A DNA stretch of 64,000 nt from Eledone cirrhosa (Eukaryota). The DNA lies in the NCBI GenBank assembly GCA_964016885.1, contig OZ024741.1:184264001-184328000 (forward strand), in the 5' to 3' direction. The translations under genes were made by a program, and so were the position numbers. This document shows, one piece after another, positions 12,866-27,116 of this stretch; position 1 is the stretch's first letter; each line of letters begins with the position of its first letter. The notes below the pieces were generated by a model, which was given only the letters and a program-made list of their open reading frames with translations, was not told where the DNA came from and made no database searches.

Positions 12866-15800
12866 GCCCGTAGGTGGGGGTTGGGTTGTCGTTCTGCTGA
12901 AAAAACATCTGGGTCTCGCAACACAGACGGTACATTTGGACCCGGAGGGTCGACTAGTGGTTCTGGAACTTGGCAGTGGTGAAGGCGGAGCGTTTAGGTT
13001 GGTAGCCTTCTACGGCCCTTTCGGCTCAATGCGGCCGGACTTCTTCCATCGTCTGGAGACGTTTCTAGGCTCCTTGCTACTAGTGGGGGACTGGAATGGT
13101 ATCCTAGATGCACGTTGGGACTACGTAGGGGCCTGTCCCGATAGAGAGGGGTGTAATAGTCTCAAAGGGTTAATCAGTCGATTTGACCTGGCCGATAGAT
13201 ATCGACTAGATTTTCCGACTGCGCCAACCTGGACTTGGGCAAACCGCAGCGGATCATCTAGGTTGTACAAAGATAGGTTCTTAGTTAGAATTAAGGATAA
13301 GTACTTTTTAAGTTGTCCAAAAATGCGCATGGTTGGCTATTCAGACCACAAGTTAGTGACATGCATGGTCAACCTTGACAGAATGCATATACAGGGACCC
13401 GGTTACTGGAAGCTCAACTTGTCCTTACCGGCAAGTAAGGCTTACAGGGACCGGATTAGCACTTTAGTTAAGGAGCGGTTGACAAGCGCCATCGTCAATA
13501 GCAGGTGGTGGGGATCTCTCAAAAGAGAGATTAGAGTAGTCTCTATAGAATTTAGTAAGGAGTTAGCCTCAAATAGAAATAGGAAGGAAAGGGAGTTGAT
13601 AGATAGTGTAGAAAAGGCAATTAGAAGCGGCGACGTGGCCAGAGTGTTAGCGTCGAGAACGGCCCTGGGCCAGTTCTTCGACGCGAAATACGAAGGCTGC
13701 ATCGTCCGAAGCAAAATACGTGCTCTGGGAAACGAGGGGACCAAAGCTGTTAGCTGGGCCCGCGTGACAGAAGCCAAAAGAGGGAGTAGATCCACTATCC
13801 GGTCTTTGCGAGACCAGGATGGACGGGTGATCCTTGAAGATAAGCAGATGTGCGAGGCTTTCAAAAGCACTCTGCCAGATTGTTCGGAAGGGGCGGGGAG
13901 CCGGTTGGGGAAGTGGACTTCGGTCCATACCTTGACGGCCTGCCGCGTCTCTCGGACAGAGAGGCGAAGTCCTACGAGGAGCCGATTTCAGCCGCTGAGA
14001 TAGAGGACGTGCTGAGCCAATGCGGCAAACGCAAATCCGCGGATCTCGATGGTCTTCCATACGAACTGTATCTAGCTATGCCGGACTTGTTCCCGATCTC
14101 CTCGAGGCGCTCTACTGCAACTGGCAACAGAACGGGAGAATTCCCTGTGCTGTGACCAAGGGCGTAGTCACGCTAGTGAGGAAGGACGAGAACAAGGGGG
14201 ACGATATAATAATTTCAGGCCCATAACTCTGCTAAATACAGAGTTAAAAATTTTGGCCAAGGTGCTAGCAAAGAGGTTGGCGCTTGTCGTGGGCAACCTC
14301 GTAGGAGATGCGCAGACATGTGCTATCCCGTCCAGGTCCATCCACGACAACCTCCACCTCATGCGATACATCATAGAGAGGGTTGGGAACGAACCCGGCT
14401 TTGGTGGGGCCCTGATCAACTTGGATCAATCTAAGGCGTTCGATAGGGTCGACCATGGTTCCTTGGATGCGGTGCTAGCGGCGGCAGGCTTCGGACCCGT
14501 TTTCAGGGGCTGGATCAATGCCATGCAGAGCAGCCGCATCTGCTCTAAGGTCAAGATGAACGGCTACCGCTGGGAGCCGTTCGAAATCGCGCGGTCCATC
14601 CGACAAGGGTGCCCTCTCTCCTCCCTTCTGTATGTAATGACTCTAGAGCCACTGCTGCGGAAGTTGGAGTTGTTGCAGGGCATCCAGTTGGAACCGGGAT
14701 TGTGGAAAGCGGTGTCGGTCTACGCTGATGACGGAACAGTAATAGTGTCGACGGCCTCGGAAATCGGGGCGATCGGCACCTTACTGGAGGAGTACGACAG
14801 GTTTACAGGGGCTAAGCTGAACCGGGACAAGTCGATCGGTCTGCAACTCGGCACGTGGAGGGGAAGGTCGATGCCCTCCGATGGCGTCGTCGGGCGCTGG
14901 GCGGAGGGCCCGGTGAAGTTGCTCGGGGTCTGGTTCGGACCAGACATCCAGGTGGAGAAGAACCGGGGTGAGGTAACGAACAGGGTGTTTGCACTAACCC
15001 AGAAGTGGGCCGAGTGCAAACTGTCCCTGAAAGGTCGGGCGGAGGTGGCGAACACTTATATAGCGTCCGTCATCTACTACCGCCTGACCGTTGTGCCTTG
15101 CCCAAGGGAAACGCTCGCCAAAATGGAGCGCGCACTCTTCCAATTCCTTTGGAAGAAGCGGGCTCCTATGGTGAGGAGATCCATCTGCTGTCAACACCCT
15201 TCGAAAGGAGGGCTGAGGATGCCGTGGCTAATGATACGTAAACACGCATGAAGGCTACGGCACCTCCAGGTATTCGTCACCGGTCAACCGGTGTGGGCCC
15301 CGTTTGTGAGGCAAGCCTTTCCCAGACTCGTCTCACTCACCGAGCTGCAATCCTGGGTCAAGCAAAGACCGAGAAAACTGGGCGCGTGGCACACCGAGTG
15401 TGCCCAGGCGCTCACGGCTCTCTGGCAGGCGGACCCGGCTGTCAGTGGAGAATCCACCTCGTCATTCTATAGAGGGCTGGTGGTTAGCAGGTGCGACGAC
15501 GCCCTCGGAGTAGCCCTAGCCATGGAGGAAGACGAACTGGCCAACCTGTTCGGTAGGACATTCAGCCCGGGCCCCATGGATAACTTCCAGAGGTCCCTGG
15601 CCTGGCAGTGCTACAGAAGGGCTCTGCCCGTTCGAGAAAGGCTCTACAGACACGGGCGCCCGGGTAGGGACCCCTCGAAAAAGATCTGTCCCAGATGCGT
15701 GTGCGACGAGGAAACCGTTGAACACACATTGGTACACTGCTCGGGCATTGCCGATCTGTGGGGCTATGTCGAACAACTGCTGTCAAGGGTGGGACCGATC

Positions 15801-16366
15801 CGGTTGACCACCGAGTCTATTGTAACGATCAAGCCGCCTCCCCTCTTCAAAAACGAAGGAGAGGCGGTGTTTCTGTGCGTAATAGCCATGGCGAAAGAGG
15901 TTGTATGGTGGACGCGTCTGAAAGGACTGAGGTCAGACACCTTTCTCTCTGGCCAACAACTGGTCCGTTTCTTCCCATATCATTTCGGAAGAAGGATCAG
16001 GATGGAGAGAGAGGTGCTGCACCCCAGCCGTTTTTATGAAAGATGGGTGAAAGCGGCGAGAATGGCCCGTGTGAATGGGACTTCACTCTACATCAGACTA
16101 TAGATGAGGAAGATGAAAGACCAAGGGAACACCCCCTCTCTGTGCTCCTGAGGAGAAGGGTTGCACACTTTTTTTCGGGGGTGTGTGCGACCCCACAAGG
16201 CGCCTCCTCTCTATTGAGGATTTAGTTATAAATTTTATTTTGTTATATTTTATTTTATTTTAATATTTTTTTATTGCCTCCTCCTTATTGAGGACGCCTT
16301 GTTATGTAAACTCCCCCATTGTACTTGTCCCACTTTTTGATGCCCTGGTGGCAAATAAAAAGAAAA
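12866..16366 (+). mobile_element. Tx1/L1-clade LINE, 5'-truncated within the APE domain, frameshifted ORF2
   Basis: APE motifs FRLVAFYGP, GDWN, DRFLV, SDH (12936-14003); RT motifs DQSKAFDRVDH, RQGCPLS, YADD (14253-15251); zinc knuckle CPRC..EETVEHTLVHC (15291-16103); 3' AAATAAAAAGAAAA; TATCTATCTA on both sides. Confidence 0.93.
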
Positions 16367-16367
16367 T

Positions 16368-16474
16368 TATCTATCTATCTATCTACCTATCTATCTATCT
16401 ATCTATCTACCTATCTATCTATCTATCTATCTATCCATCTATCTATCTATCTATCTATCTACCTATCTATCTAC

Positions 16475-16541
<67 letters not shown>

Positions 16542-16590
16542 CCTACCTACGTATCTATGTCTCTATCTATCTATCCATCTATCTATTTAT
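16368..16590. repeat. (TCTA)n microsatellite at the LINE 3' end
   Basis: Directly visible. Confidence 0.95.
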
Positions 16591-17879
16591 CTCTTTGTGA
16601 AGTATAATCAATCAGCCAAGTAACAAACACTTGGATCATCCTACAAAACGATCAGCTTAGTTTCCAAACCAATCAATCATGAAATCGTTCAGCCAGCCAG
16701 TCAGCCAGTCAGCCAGTCAGCCAGTCAGCCAGTCAGCCAGTCAACCAGGCAGACTGACAGACGGACAGACAACCAGTCAACTTCATTTCGTTTGTTGATT
16801 AACCAACCAAATAATCGTGTCAATAGTTTTAGCCTCTCAACAGATTAACAATACGTTTTTTCACATCACACTTTCTATTAGGTATTTATCGGGAAGCACT
16901 GCTTTCCCGTATTGTTGTTTACTAATCTTCTTCATTTATTATTACTATAGTCGTCAGTCATTCACAAATGAACGATGTTTGACTTGTCCATTTCAACCGT
17001 CCATTTCAATTGTCCGTTTCACTTGTTGTTTGATTTGTGCTTACGAATATTCGTATTCGTTATGGTATATTTTATTATATTTCTTTTTTGCCGTAAAAAC
17101 TTTTGAAGAAGATTGTTATCAATTAATTCAACAGATTTCCTTTGTGTGTATGCCAGGGCATTCCTTTCTACACCATCATAGTATGTCTTTTTCCAGCTCT
17201 TGATAGTGTTTAGTCCGAGTTTGGCCCTGCTTAGCATACCAGTTATCAAACACCTGCCTACTAGGATCATTCAATCATATATTTCCTAATTCTAGATCAT
17301 GGATCCCAAATATATTTTGTCAAGGAACCCTTATACGGTTTTCCAAAAATCATGGAATCCATACTTATATACTTACGGAAAACTGCTAATATAATTTTAA
17401 TGAGGCATTAAATGAACATATTTTAGAGAGAGAATTTATTCATATTTAAAAAGTCAAAAACAAAACAAAACCGTAACAATTCTTAAAATACAATTTTATT
17501 TATTGACCTCTTATCTTGTGATAGTCTAGAATCTGCTTCTGACATACTGCGTGAATCTGTTCAACATTTTCCAATATGTCAAGAGAACAGCGTGTAGTTT
17601 GAGGTAGATTTCGTTGCTGTTGGAGGGAAGGGAGACTACCTCGTTGAGGCCCCCTCCTTGGATCCAAGTTGCTGACCCATGTACGATTTATACACAGAAA
17701 AAAAAACATTCCATATAATTGATCCGATAAAATCAAGCGCTTTGAAAAGTAGTTTGAAAACATCTAAATAGTTCAGCAGTCAACAACAACAGCAGCCGTA
17801 GAGGCAATAACAATAACAAAAGCAAAAGCAAAACATCATCAATAACAATAACAAAAACGATAATGATAATAATAATGAT

Positions 17880-18355
17880 GATTCCTTTATTCACCACACA
17901 TGGCTTACATTAAAGGGACAACAAAGACGGTACAGGAGGGTACAGTGTGTTTTTTGTGTAAAAGAAAGGTTTATAATAAAGACTAAAAAATAATCAAACA
18001 TAATTAATTCCCCAAAAGTGGGAATACCTTCGAGGGTCACTCGTGGAGAAATCCCACAAAAAGCTGCGGTAACCGTGACCATTTGGGGAAGTGCCTTCTC
18101 TCAGATGTCCTCCTCCAATTTATAGACGCATTCTCAGAACGAGGCACATTCAATTGGACCACGCCTGCCTCTCTCACTCACGCTGATTTTTCGCTTCAGA
18201 TGAAACCCGAAAAAGTGAATCGGGGTTCGCTGAAAAGGCAATGCTTGTCTTCAAACCTTTCAAACGCATCCACGACACGATCTCTTTCACCATGGCCACC
18301 AGGCAGATAAAAGCTTAAAGGAAGACAGTGGGGTGATCTTCACAATGGACTCAGT
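17880..18355 (-). mobile_element. Tx1/L1 LINE 3' fragment
   Basis: Reverse strand encodes ICLVAMVKEIVSWMRLKGLKT, matching the C-terminus of the long copies; the 3' UTR resembles 35717-35950 and ends at ATC/ATT repeats. Confidence 0.8.
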
Positions 18356-19215
18356 TGATACACCGCCAAATCAAGTGCAACAACAATATCTTAATCGATT
18401 TCTTAAACGAAAGGTTTTGTGGCATTCATATGAACATACATGTGTCTTGCATTAATTACAATACAAAGCTCCATCTTATGAAACTTACATGAATCACAGA
18501 ATAACACGTATAAATCCGGACATAATCTTCAATGACAATAAGGAACAGTGTTTTAATAATTGACATAGCTATACCGAATGATTATTAATGTTTTACAGAA
18601 GTGAGGAGCTGAAATGAACTGAGCTGAGATGATATTCATAGAATTTATAGTGACTTAAAATATTAAATAAAACAATATTTGATGTAATTAATGTGTCCAT
18701 CATCTCATTTTTAATTTGGTACAGCTAGAATGACAGACACGCATGCACATACAGGTACGCGCGCACACACACACACACACACACACGTCGACGGCATCGA
18801 CAGGTAACCTGATAAAGCAGGCACGTTCCAGAAAGTTACACTATAAAGATTAGAGATGTGTAAATGTTGCTAGAGAACTTCCCCACTCTCGCGTTTTGTT
18901 AACCTCTGAAGAAAATTTATATGCATGTCTTGCAAAATATACCTAATTGTTTCTGATGTAAGGAAAGCATAAAACCATGATGTATCTCTTAAACTGGCGA
19001 ACAACAAGAGAGAAAAACAACAACATGAATAACATAATATTGATAATGATAAGAACACCAAAAAGGAAAACAACAATGATGATAATAAGAAAAGTGTGTG
19101 TTTGGAATAATAGTGGGATTGATAAAAAGGAAAGAAATAATGAAGATACAATTTCAAGCGAAGTAACAACACACGAATATGATTTGAAGAAAAATATACG
19201 CAAATAGAACGATAA

Positions 19216-19279
<64 letters not shown>

Positions 19280-19445
19280 TTATCGTTCTATTTGTGTATA
19301 TTTTTCTTCAAATCATATATGTATATATATATATATGTAAATGTATATGTATATGTATGTTTATATATATATTATTATATATATATATATATATAAACAT
19401 ACATATACATGTACATTTATATATATATATACATGTGTGTGTGTG

Positions 19446-19482
<37 letters not shown>

Positions 19483-19500
19483 GCGCGCACACACATACAC

Positions 19501-19550
<50 letters not shown>

Positions 19551-19785
19551 AAGTTTCTTCTGAATATGTATGGATGTACAGTGTAGAAGGTGTATGTATG
19601 TGTTTTAACTTCATGCATATACATATGCTTCTGTGTATACCCACATAGCATTCACTCATTTATACGGGTACATTTTACAAAAGTATTCTCAAACTACTTG
19701 TGTGTGCATGCATGTATATATGCATACAATTATGTGTGTAGGCATATATATATATATATGTGTGTGTGAATGTATGTATGTACGT

Positions 19786-19834
<49 letters not shown>

Positions 19835-21154
19835 AACACGTACATACACACATTCGTATACACATATACGATGCTATGTGCCATGTTCGTAGTATATAGA
19901 CGTATGGATATGTAAAAAATGTATATATATATATATAACTATATATATGTTCATATACATACACATATAATTGTGTGCATATGTGGTACTGTATGCGTAA
20001 TATGGTTGAAAACCGGCGTATAAGCTTATAATATTCCAACAAATTGACGGTCATACTTATCTCTCTGACAATCTCTGAATACACACACCCATGCACACAC
20101 ATTCACACTTAGATGCACACACATAACCACACAGACGTCACAGAATGCAAAAACTAAAAATAAAAATAAAGATAAAACTCCGGAATACTCTGTATATATA
20201 ATATTGTAGAAAGCAGACGACAGATCTCCAGTACCGCCTTATCCCCCCTCCTCTTTCCCTCAAAAAGCTCGTACGTAAAGAACAAATTTGCCACGTAGCA
20301 ACCATTTTTAAGTGCATCGCTTGCCTGTCACTTCTTATCTCTTTTATGTAAATCTCTTAAGCTTTGGAAGAGTAAATTCGAACTTCTGTCAAATTATCCA
20401 AGGATTTTATCAATCATTGCTTTGGACATTTCTCTTCTTTTTTCTTCTTTTATTTTTGTCGGGCCCTCTACGGTATGGTTTAGTTTCGCATTAATTCAGT
20501 TTCATATTGTTTCGTCTCCATTTTTCTTTCTTCTCAACCTTTCCCATTCGTATTCTTATTAAATCAATCCTTATTATTTTTATTATTACTATAGTTTTTT
20601 TTATTGTTGTAGCTCCTCTCGTTGTTGTTGTTAATGTTGTTGATGCTATTGACTCATATTTATTCTTGTTTTTGTTTTGCCTTGTTCATTGATGGTTAGA
20701 TTTGTGTGATTTATGTGTGTATGGTGTGTGTATGTGTGCACGTGTGTTGATGAGAATGTATGTCTTTGCCTTTGTACGCAAGCATGTGTCTTTGTGTGTA
20801 TGTTTATATGTGTGTCTGTGTTTCTCTGTGTGTATGTGTGTGTCAGTGTCATTACTGATGTTGTTTTTATGCCATGTTTTTTACTGCCTTATTGTTAATT
20901 TTTGTCTTCATTTCGCTCTATTTTTATTTTGTTCTGAACTTTGCTATGAAATAAAATGGTTTACAAAAATAAAAGTAATAGTAATAAATATAGATAAATA
21001 AATATATAAAACCTCTACTTTGCTTCAATAATGTCCTATTTCGTTTCTGTGTATTTTTCTTTTATATTGTTTGTAAATATTTGTTATGTGTTTTGGGCGA
21101 AAAACCAACACACACTCACACGCATATGCTGTATATATATATATATATATATAT

Positions 21155-21175
21155 AAAAACGTATATGATTTACGA

Positions 21176-21209
<34 letters not shown>

Positions 21210-21232
21210 TTTCGTAAATCATATACGTTTTT
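21155..21232. repeat. 23-bp perfect inverted repeat around (TA)n
   Basis: AAAAACGTATATGATTTACGAAA (21155-21177) and TTTCGTAAATCATATACGTTTTT (21210-21232). Confidence 0.95.
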
Positions 21233-22094
21233 TTTTACATAGCAATAAATTCGTAAGCACTTCCACTAATGAGGAATGTCAGTATACCCTAAAAAAAAAA
21301 AAAAAAAATCACCATTTATTTATAACATTAAAATACACTCCGGAGCACAAACATATTTTAAAGTCCGTACATTATGTGCATGTTTGTGTTTTCGTGTCTG
21401 TGCGAATGTGCGTATGTTTACGTCTCTGTGCGATTGTCTGTGTAAGAGAGTACATGTGTTTTAAAACAGTGCTGTCATCTATTTAAATCAAATTTATAAT
21501 ACATGGATCTAGTTAGAGAAATTTCCCCACTGCATCACATTGCAACAAAACCTCATAATTATGTCATAGTTTAATTTCCTGCCAGAAGACAGATGGATAT
21601 CTAAGTGGAAAAATAGAGGATACTGGGTAAAATCACTCAGTCGTGAGCGATTTGTACTCATCTACCCGTGTTTGATGTAAATGTAGCTTATCATCTTATA
21701 TATTGTAGATTTAATCAGTAAATCTCTGAGCAATATTTCGGCAAGTACGATTAACGGAGAGCTTCATTGTGAAGATCAGATTAATAACTATGTCCATCTG
21801 GAGTTATCTCCCGTCATTTTATTTGTATTCATTGACTAATACATTTTTTCTCTCGCCCCATATTTATTTCCAGTCAGATTTTTTTAATGTTCCATAATAA
21901 ATCATTTATTTATTTTTAACGTTCCACAATATATAATTTATTTAGCTATTTTATCAATTAATTAATTAATTGACGAATTAATTATCATAGATAAAATCGC
22001 TCTGAATTATTCAATTTCTAAACAATTCAACTTTCTTGGGGCAATAAATGCACATGTAAGTTTAGTTAGTGATTTTTTCATCACAGGACACAAT

Positions 22095-22340
22095 ATGACG
22101 GAGTAATTTAGAAGTTTGATTTGCAATCATGAGGCTCCAGGTACAATCCCACTGCGTGCTTTTTGAAATAAGTATCATTTACTATAACCTCAGGTAGATT
22201 CATGACACGTGAGTTAAATAAGACAATTCAAATGGATAACCTTGTCATAAATTGTGTTGCGCTGCATTTATCCGAGGAATACATTAAGTGTACATCTATC
22301 TGTGAAATGATCAGTCACTTGCACGATAATTTAACAAATA
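22095..22340 (+). mobile_element. Degenerate SINE, family B
   Basis: Decayed tRNA-like head (GGTACAATCCCACTGCGTG) and CAGTCACTTGCACGATAATTT block complementary to the 55840 copy. Confidence 0.45.
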
Positions 22341-22858
22341 TACCTGTAGCGAAATCTATCCAAACCATAACTCTTGGGTTACCTCTTTTTTGGCGAAATA
22401 CACAAAAAATTAAAATACACAACGAATCCCCCAATTTTACATATCAATGTTAGCTTGGCGCAAGTAATTGGAATTGAAAAGTTATACATACAGTCATTAA
22501 ATTAAAACATTCTAACCACCCTAAAACTAAAAACCCCAGCTGAGGGCACAAATAAATTGCTACGTCGCTGGTAGGGCTCCCCACTGCAGGAGGGCCAGGA
22601 GAAATTGATTCCTTTGCATCCCCCCCCCATTAAATCCGGCCCTAACACCACTACTATCACTACTATCCCTAACACCACCACCATCAGCTGCAGCAGCACC
22701 CACGTCACCGTCGTTGTCATCTTACTCCTATCTTCTACCCACTTCCTCGTTGATGTTCTCTTTATCATGATCATCATGATCCTCCCCCCTCCTCCTCCTC
22801 ATGATCATCATGATCATCATCATTGTCATCATCATCCTCAGTAGCAGCAACAGAAATG

Positions 22859-23035
22859 TTTTCTGATTTAGGCACAAGGCCAGCAACTCAGTGCATTACT
22901 GATACTTTATTTTATTGACCTCGTAAGGATGAAATACAAAACTAACCTCAGCGGAATTTGAACTCAGAACGTAAAGGGCCGCAACTCTATGTCACTAAGC
23001 TTATTGTCCGACGCTCTACCGATACTGCCAATCCA
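22859..23035 (-). mobile_element. tRNA-derived SINE, family A
   Basis: Collinear with 2195-2375; A- and B-boxes on the reverse strand. Confidence 0.85.
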
Positions 23036-23294
23036 AGGAAGACCAGCAGCAGGCACTCACAGCCAATAAACCGGAGAGGAGTAGTAACTGGTGGAATATC
23101 AGAAGTCTGAGTTGATGGAATATATAATAGAAAAGAGACTAAATTCTCTCTAAGGTGATAGCTGCCGACATATCTCTAGAGAGGTACAGGACTAACAAAA
23201 TCATTGGGAATCTCAAAGTGAAAACAGCCAATTCAAACATATTGAAATTGTGTGGTCCGTAACTCTGCAGATACCAGGAAATTAGGCATTGGTC

Positions 23295-23670
23295 AAGATA
23301 TTCAAAAAGGGGTTAGCGATTGTAGTGGGTAGTGTGGTCAGAGAGTGTTTTTTCGTGTGATTCTTGGTTGACCTGTCCACCCCAACTTCCTCCTCGTGAA
23401 ATGTATGGTAAAACGTTTGGTCAATAAACCCGGCATTAAGGAGGCTTTGATCAACTTTGAAGAATCAAAGGCTATTAATAGAGCTAACCACTAGTACATA
23501 ATGGTTGTGACCCTTTAGCCGGTTTCTGTCCCGATTTTAGAAGATGGATCATTTCAGCCCCCGTTGATAATTATACTATTCGAATTCATTCGAACCACAT
23601 TCCTTGTACATCAAGGGAGTTCGTTCTAATCACTTGTATATGTTTTAACATTTTAGCAATTTATGTGAAA
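23295..23670 (+). pseudogene. Old Tx1/L1 RT fragment
   Basis: Reads KGLAIVVGSVV... and NKPGIKEALINFEESKAINRANH, homologous to KRLALVVGNLV...NEPGFGGALINLDQSKAFDRVDH. Confidence 0.65.
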
Positions 23671-25576
23671 GACCCACACAGCCTCTCCAGCCCTTTTGTG
23701 TGCTGTTCCGTGCTTGAAAGTAGATAATCTTCTGGCGATTGTTCTTATGTCAGACTGGGCAAGTAAATGCTTACGTCCCACTGTTGGTTGACATGTAACA
23801 CATCGTAAATATTAATGAGGACTTTATTACTAACTGTCATTAATTAGGTTTTATGGCATTATGAAAGGCTGTGAGCTACAAATCAAACAGAAAAATGAAT
23901 TTCCCCCTCTTCACACGAGAGGGGCTCCTCTTCACAGGACACAGACTCCGCTTCATATGTTTTGATTGTTTCGATCTGCTGGTATTCTTCAGTGTTCATC
24001 TGATCTCCATCCCCACAAATGGATTGGATAGTACTGCAGTGATGGGCGGGGAGCTTCGTTGTTAGGTATTTCTCTTTTTTTGCTGCTATCTTGGGCTACT
24101 CTCTTCTTGCATCTGTTCTCTAATGGTTGTGCTTAGGAAAGCAGCATCCCCCCATGATATTCTACTACTCTTTCAAAAAAATTTGGAACGTTGAATGAAT
24201 TTTACTGCCACATGTGTAGCAGCTCAACTTTCTACCATGACGTATCATTCTTAAAGCGTTCACTTTACTACTGTATGATTGATTTGTGGTCTTGTATGCC
24301 AATGCTGTTCTCATCGGACAACATGTTACATCAGCCCTGATCACCAGCTCACACTACGCTACGTAAGTGATCACATGTCAGTGGTGGATGACGTCCCCCG
24401 ATGTGCTTGATAGTGATTCTGACATTCCTCCGTCCTAAATAATGTAGAATCATTTTATGGGCAGGTGTGTCTTGTAATATTTGAACTTGTTGGTTCTTCC
24501 CGTCTTCAAATTTAAAACAACGTTTATCAGGTCATGTTCCCTCCTTCTTACGAACAAATTTCATTTCAGGTTTTTACAAAAGCTGCCAAGTTCTGTTATG
24601 TCATATTCTTGATTTATTTTTATATCGCAGAGTGTAGTGTTTTTAGTGGCAGAAACCCAGCACTAGAGCAATACCGGTAGACCATCTGGTGGTATATACT
24701 TATGTACCTTTATGTTCTGAGTTTAAATGATGCCAACGTCTGCTTTACCTTTCATCATTCTTGGGTCTATAAAATAATGTATCGGTTGAATAATCGACCA
24801 TCACTCTTCTCTAAATTATGATTCCTCACCTTGCCAGAACTCTTTCTCAGATCAAACCCTGCTTTCTTAAATTAAGAAAGAACGAGTCACTGAAAAGACT
24901 CCACATGGTTGCTTGAGTTGTGAGAAGGCACAGTTAATCTCCCCCAAATTACACCACTACTGCCTTGGAAAAGGACACGTTGCATAATGGAATTCTGGGT
25001 TTCTTGTACATAAAGAAAAAATGGGATGATCATGTCTGGAATGCCTTTGATAATAGCTCTGTTTCATCAAAGCTGACCAAGGTTACAAGCCCAGCAGTAA
25101 CAATTAGTATCTTCTTTAAACATTGCTCATCTTATAGTTCCATATTGAGCAAAGAAATTTCACTTTTATTTACTTTTTTAAAAACTTTTCTTCCTATATT
25201 TGATAATTTTATATTAACTATTTGAGAATGAGTATCAAGACTGTTTTTTTTTCCGCCAGATTTGGTAAATTGGTTTTGGTGATGTTCACCGTAGGGTTTA
25301 ATTTAGTCGTGAATAGGTTTTTACAACCCTTAAGTACTATGGTTCTGGTTCATTTATTTCCCACATGTTTCGAGTTATTCTTGTTTCACTTAGCAGCCAC
25401 ATTGGGAGTTTCTGCCTCGTTAGAATTTTATTTCTATCGTGTTAACTCTCATTGCCGTGTTGTTTCTGTGTTCAACATTTTTGATTATATAGATTCAGGG
25501 GAATATCTTTCTTTAATTTGTTTTAAATATCACAGCAAAGACATGCTGTAACATCGCCAGTAGGTATAGAGAATTT

Positions 25577-25852
25577 ATATTAATTCTATTAATTGTTCCG
25601 AGAGCCTTAAAATGTTCAGAATTTTTCAAGCTGACTAAATTTTCAAGAAATATTTCTTTCATATCTAAAGAAAACATCATGATGACAATGAAGGATCGTG
25701 GAGTGAACCAAACAGTAAATATTAATTCTATTAATTATTCCTAGAGCCTCAGAATATTTCAACGTGATTAATTTTTTGAGAGACTATTCCGTTCATACAT
25801 GAAGGAGACATTATGATAGCGACAAATGAACATGCAGTGGACAAACTGTAAA
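25577..25852. repeat. Diverged two-copy ~140-bp tandem duplication
   Basis: ATATTAATTCTATTAATT.TTCC.AGAGCCT at ~25577 and ~25719; both units end AAAC.GTAAAT. Confidence 0.75.
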
Positions 25853-27116
25853 TTGTAACAAAACTTTAACTTCCGCAATTGATATTTACCTCAAGCACAA
25901 CATTTCAAATATTAATTTTCATTAAATAATACTAGCGGAAATATTTCCGCTATTTAAAAATATTCCTCTGTAGCACGTGATAAGGATACATCAACCTTGT
26001 GGTATTTGGTGACGTCATTTTACAATCTGAGATCAAATCCAGCCAAAGCTGTCGTTGACTTTGGCTTTCATTGATACAGAGTCAATAAAAAGTACCAGTT
26101 GTCTATATTATGTTGCTTCTTAAAATACATGGCATTGTATGTGCCTATTTCAAATCATTATTGTTGTTATTTTGCCACAGGTAAGACCTGATAGAAGATT
26201 AAATATATCCCAACTGAGGCAATCACATGTTTTACGTACGTGTAGAGAATACAGGACAACAATATACAACGTATATTGACAACAATATACAACGATATGG
26301 CGGAGATTTGACTGTTATTTCTAGCAGGTCGAGCGAGAATATTTATCTCAAAATGAAAATATCTGAATGAAAATATTATAGTTGTTTTTTTTTTCTTCTT
26401 AAATCCACACATGTACAGATCCATGGATTAGAGGTGACACACTATCACCGGAAGCAGACGTCAATCTATTCGGTTCCTCTATTCGGTTCTATAAAAAGAA
26501 AGAATCATGATACACAATTCCTCCCACCGCACACCCGTACACACACATATTCACACACACATACATCCATACACATACACACCATACACACAAACATATT
26601 ACTTTGTCTCAGTGAAGTTTCCGTCCGTTTATTTAATCTTTCCTCCTCACCATTCCCAACCAACACACACAGTACTCAACCGCCCCCGCAAAATTTAACC
26701 GACTTTCACTTTCTCCTTCTCTTACTTTCGGAAGTCCTCATCTTTCAATCTTTCTTCCGGAGGCAAATGATCTTTCGAATCGGAACCCGAAAAAGACAAA
26801 CAAAAGTCACACAGTAGCAGACAGAAGAGACTATCAGAGTCGCAGACTAGCAGATAAGCAGATAACAGCTAATGAGTTTAGTATGACACTTTAAAAGAAC
26901 CAAAACGCCGCTCATCCCCTGTCCCCAATCTCCCTGAAATATATTGTAAATTAGACCTTAATGAATAGGACATTAACAACTGTGATGCAGGCTGGAAGCT
27001 ATGTAAGGTAAGGGAGTTATGGCACAAGAGAAGCTTGTACAGAAAGATAATTGAAAAAAAAAAAAAGGAATTGGGAAGTGAGTAATGAAGCGAGAGTAAG
27101 GAAGCAAAGATGTGTG

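Noticed and set aside
17600-17643. let-7-like seed TGAGGTAG in a hairpin with CTACCTC
   Set aside because: Only ~44 nt and ~11 bp of pairing, too short for a pre-miRNA; sequence after the seed does not match let-7.
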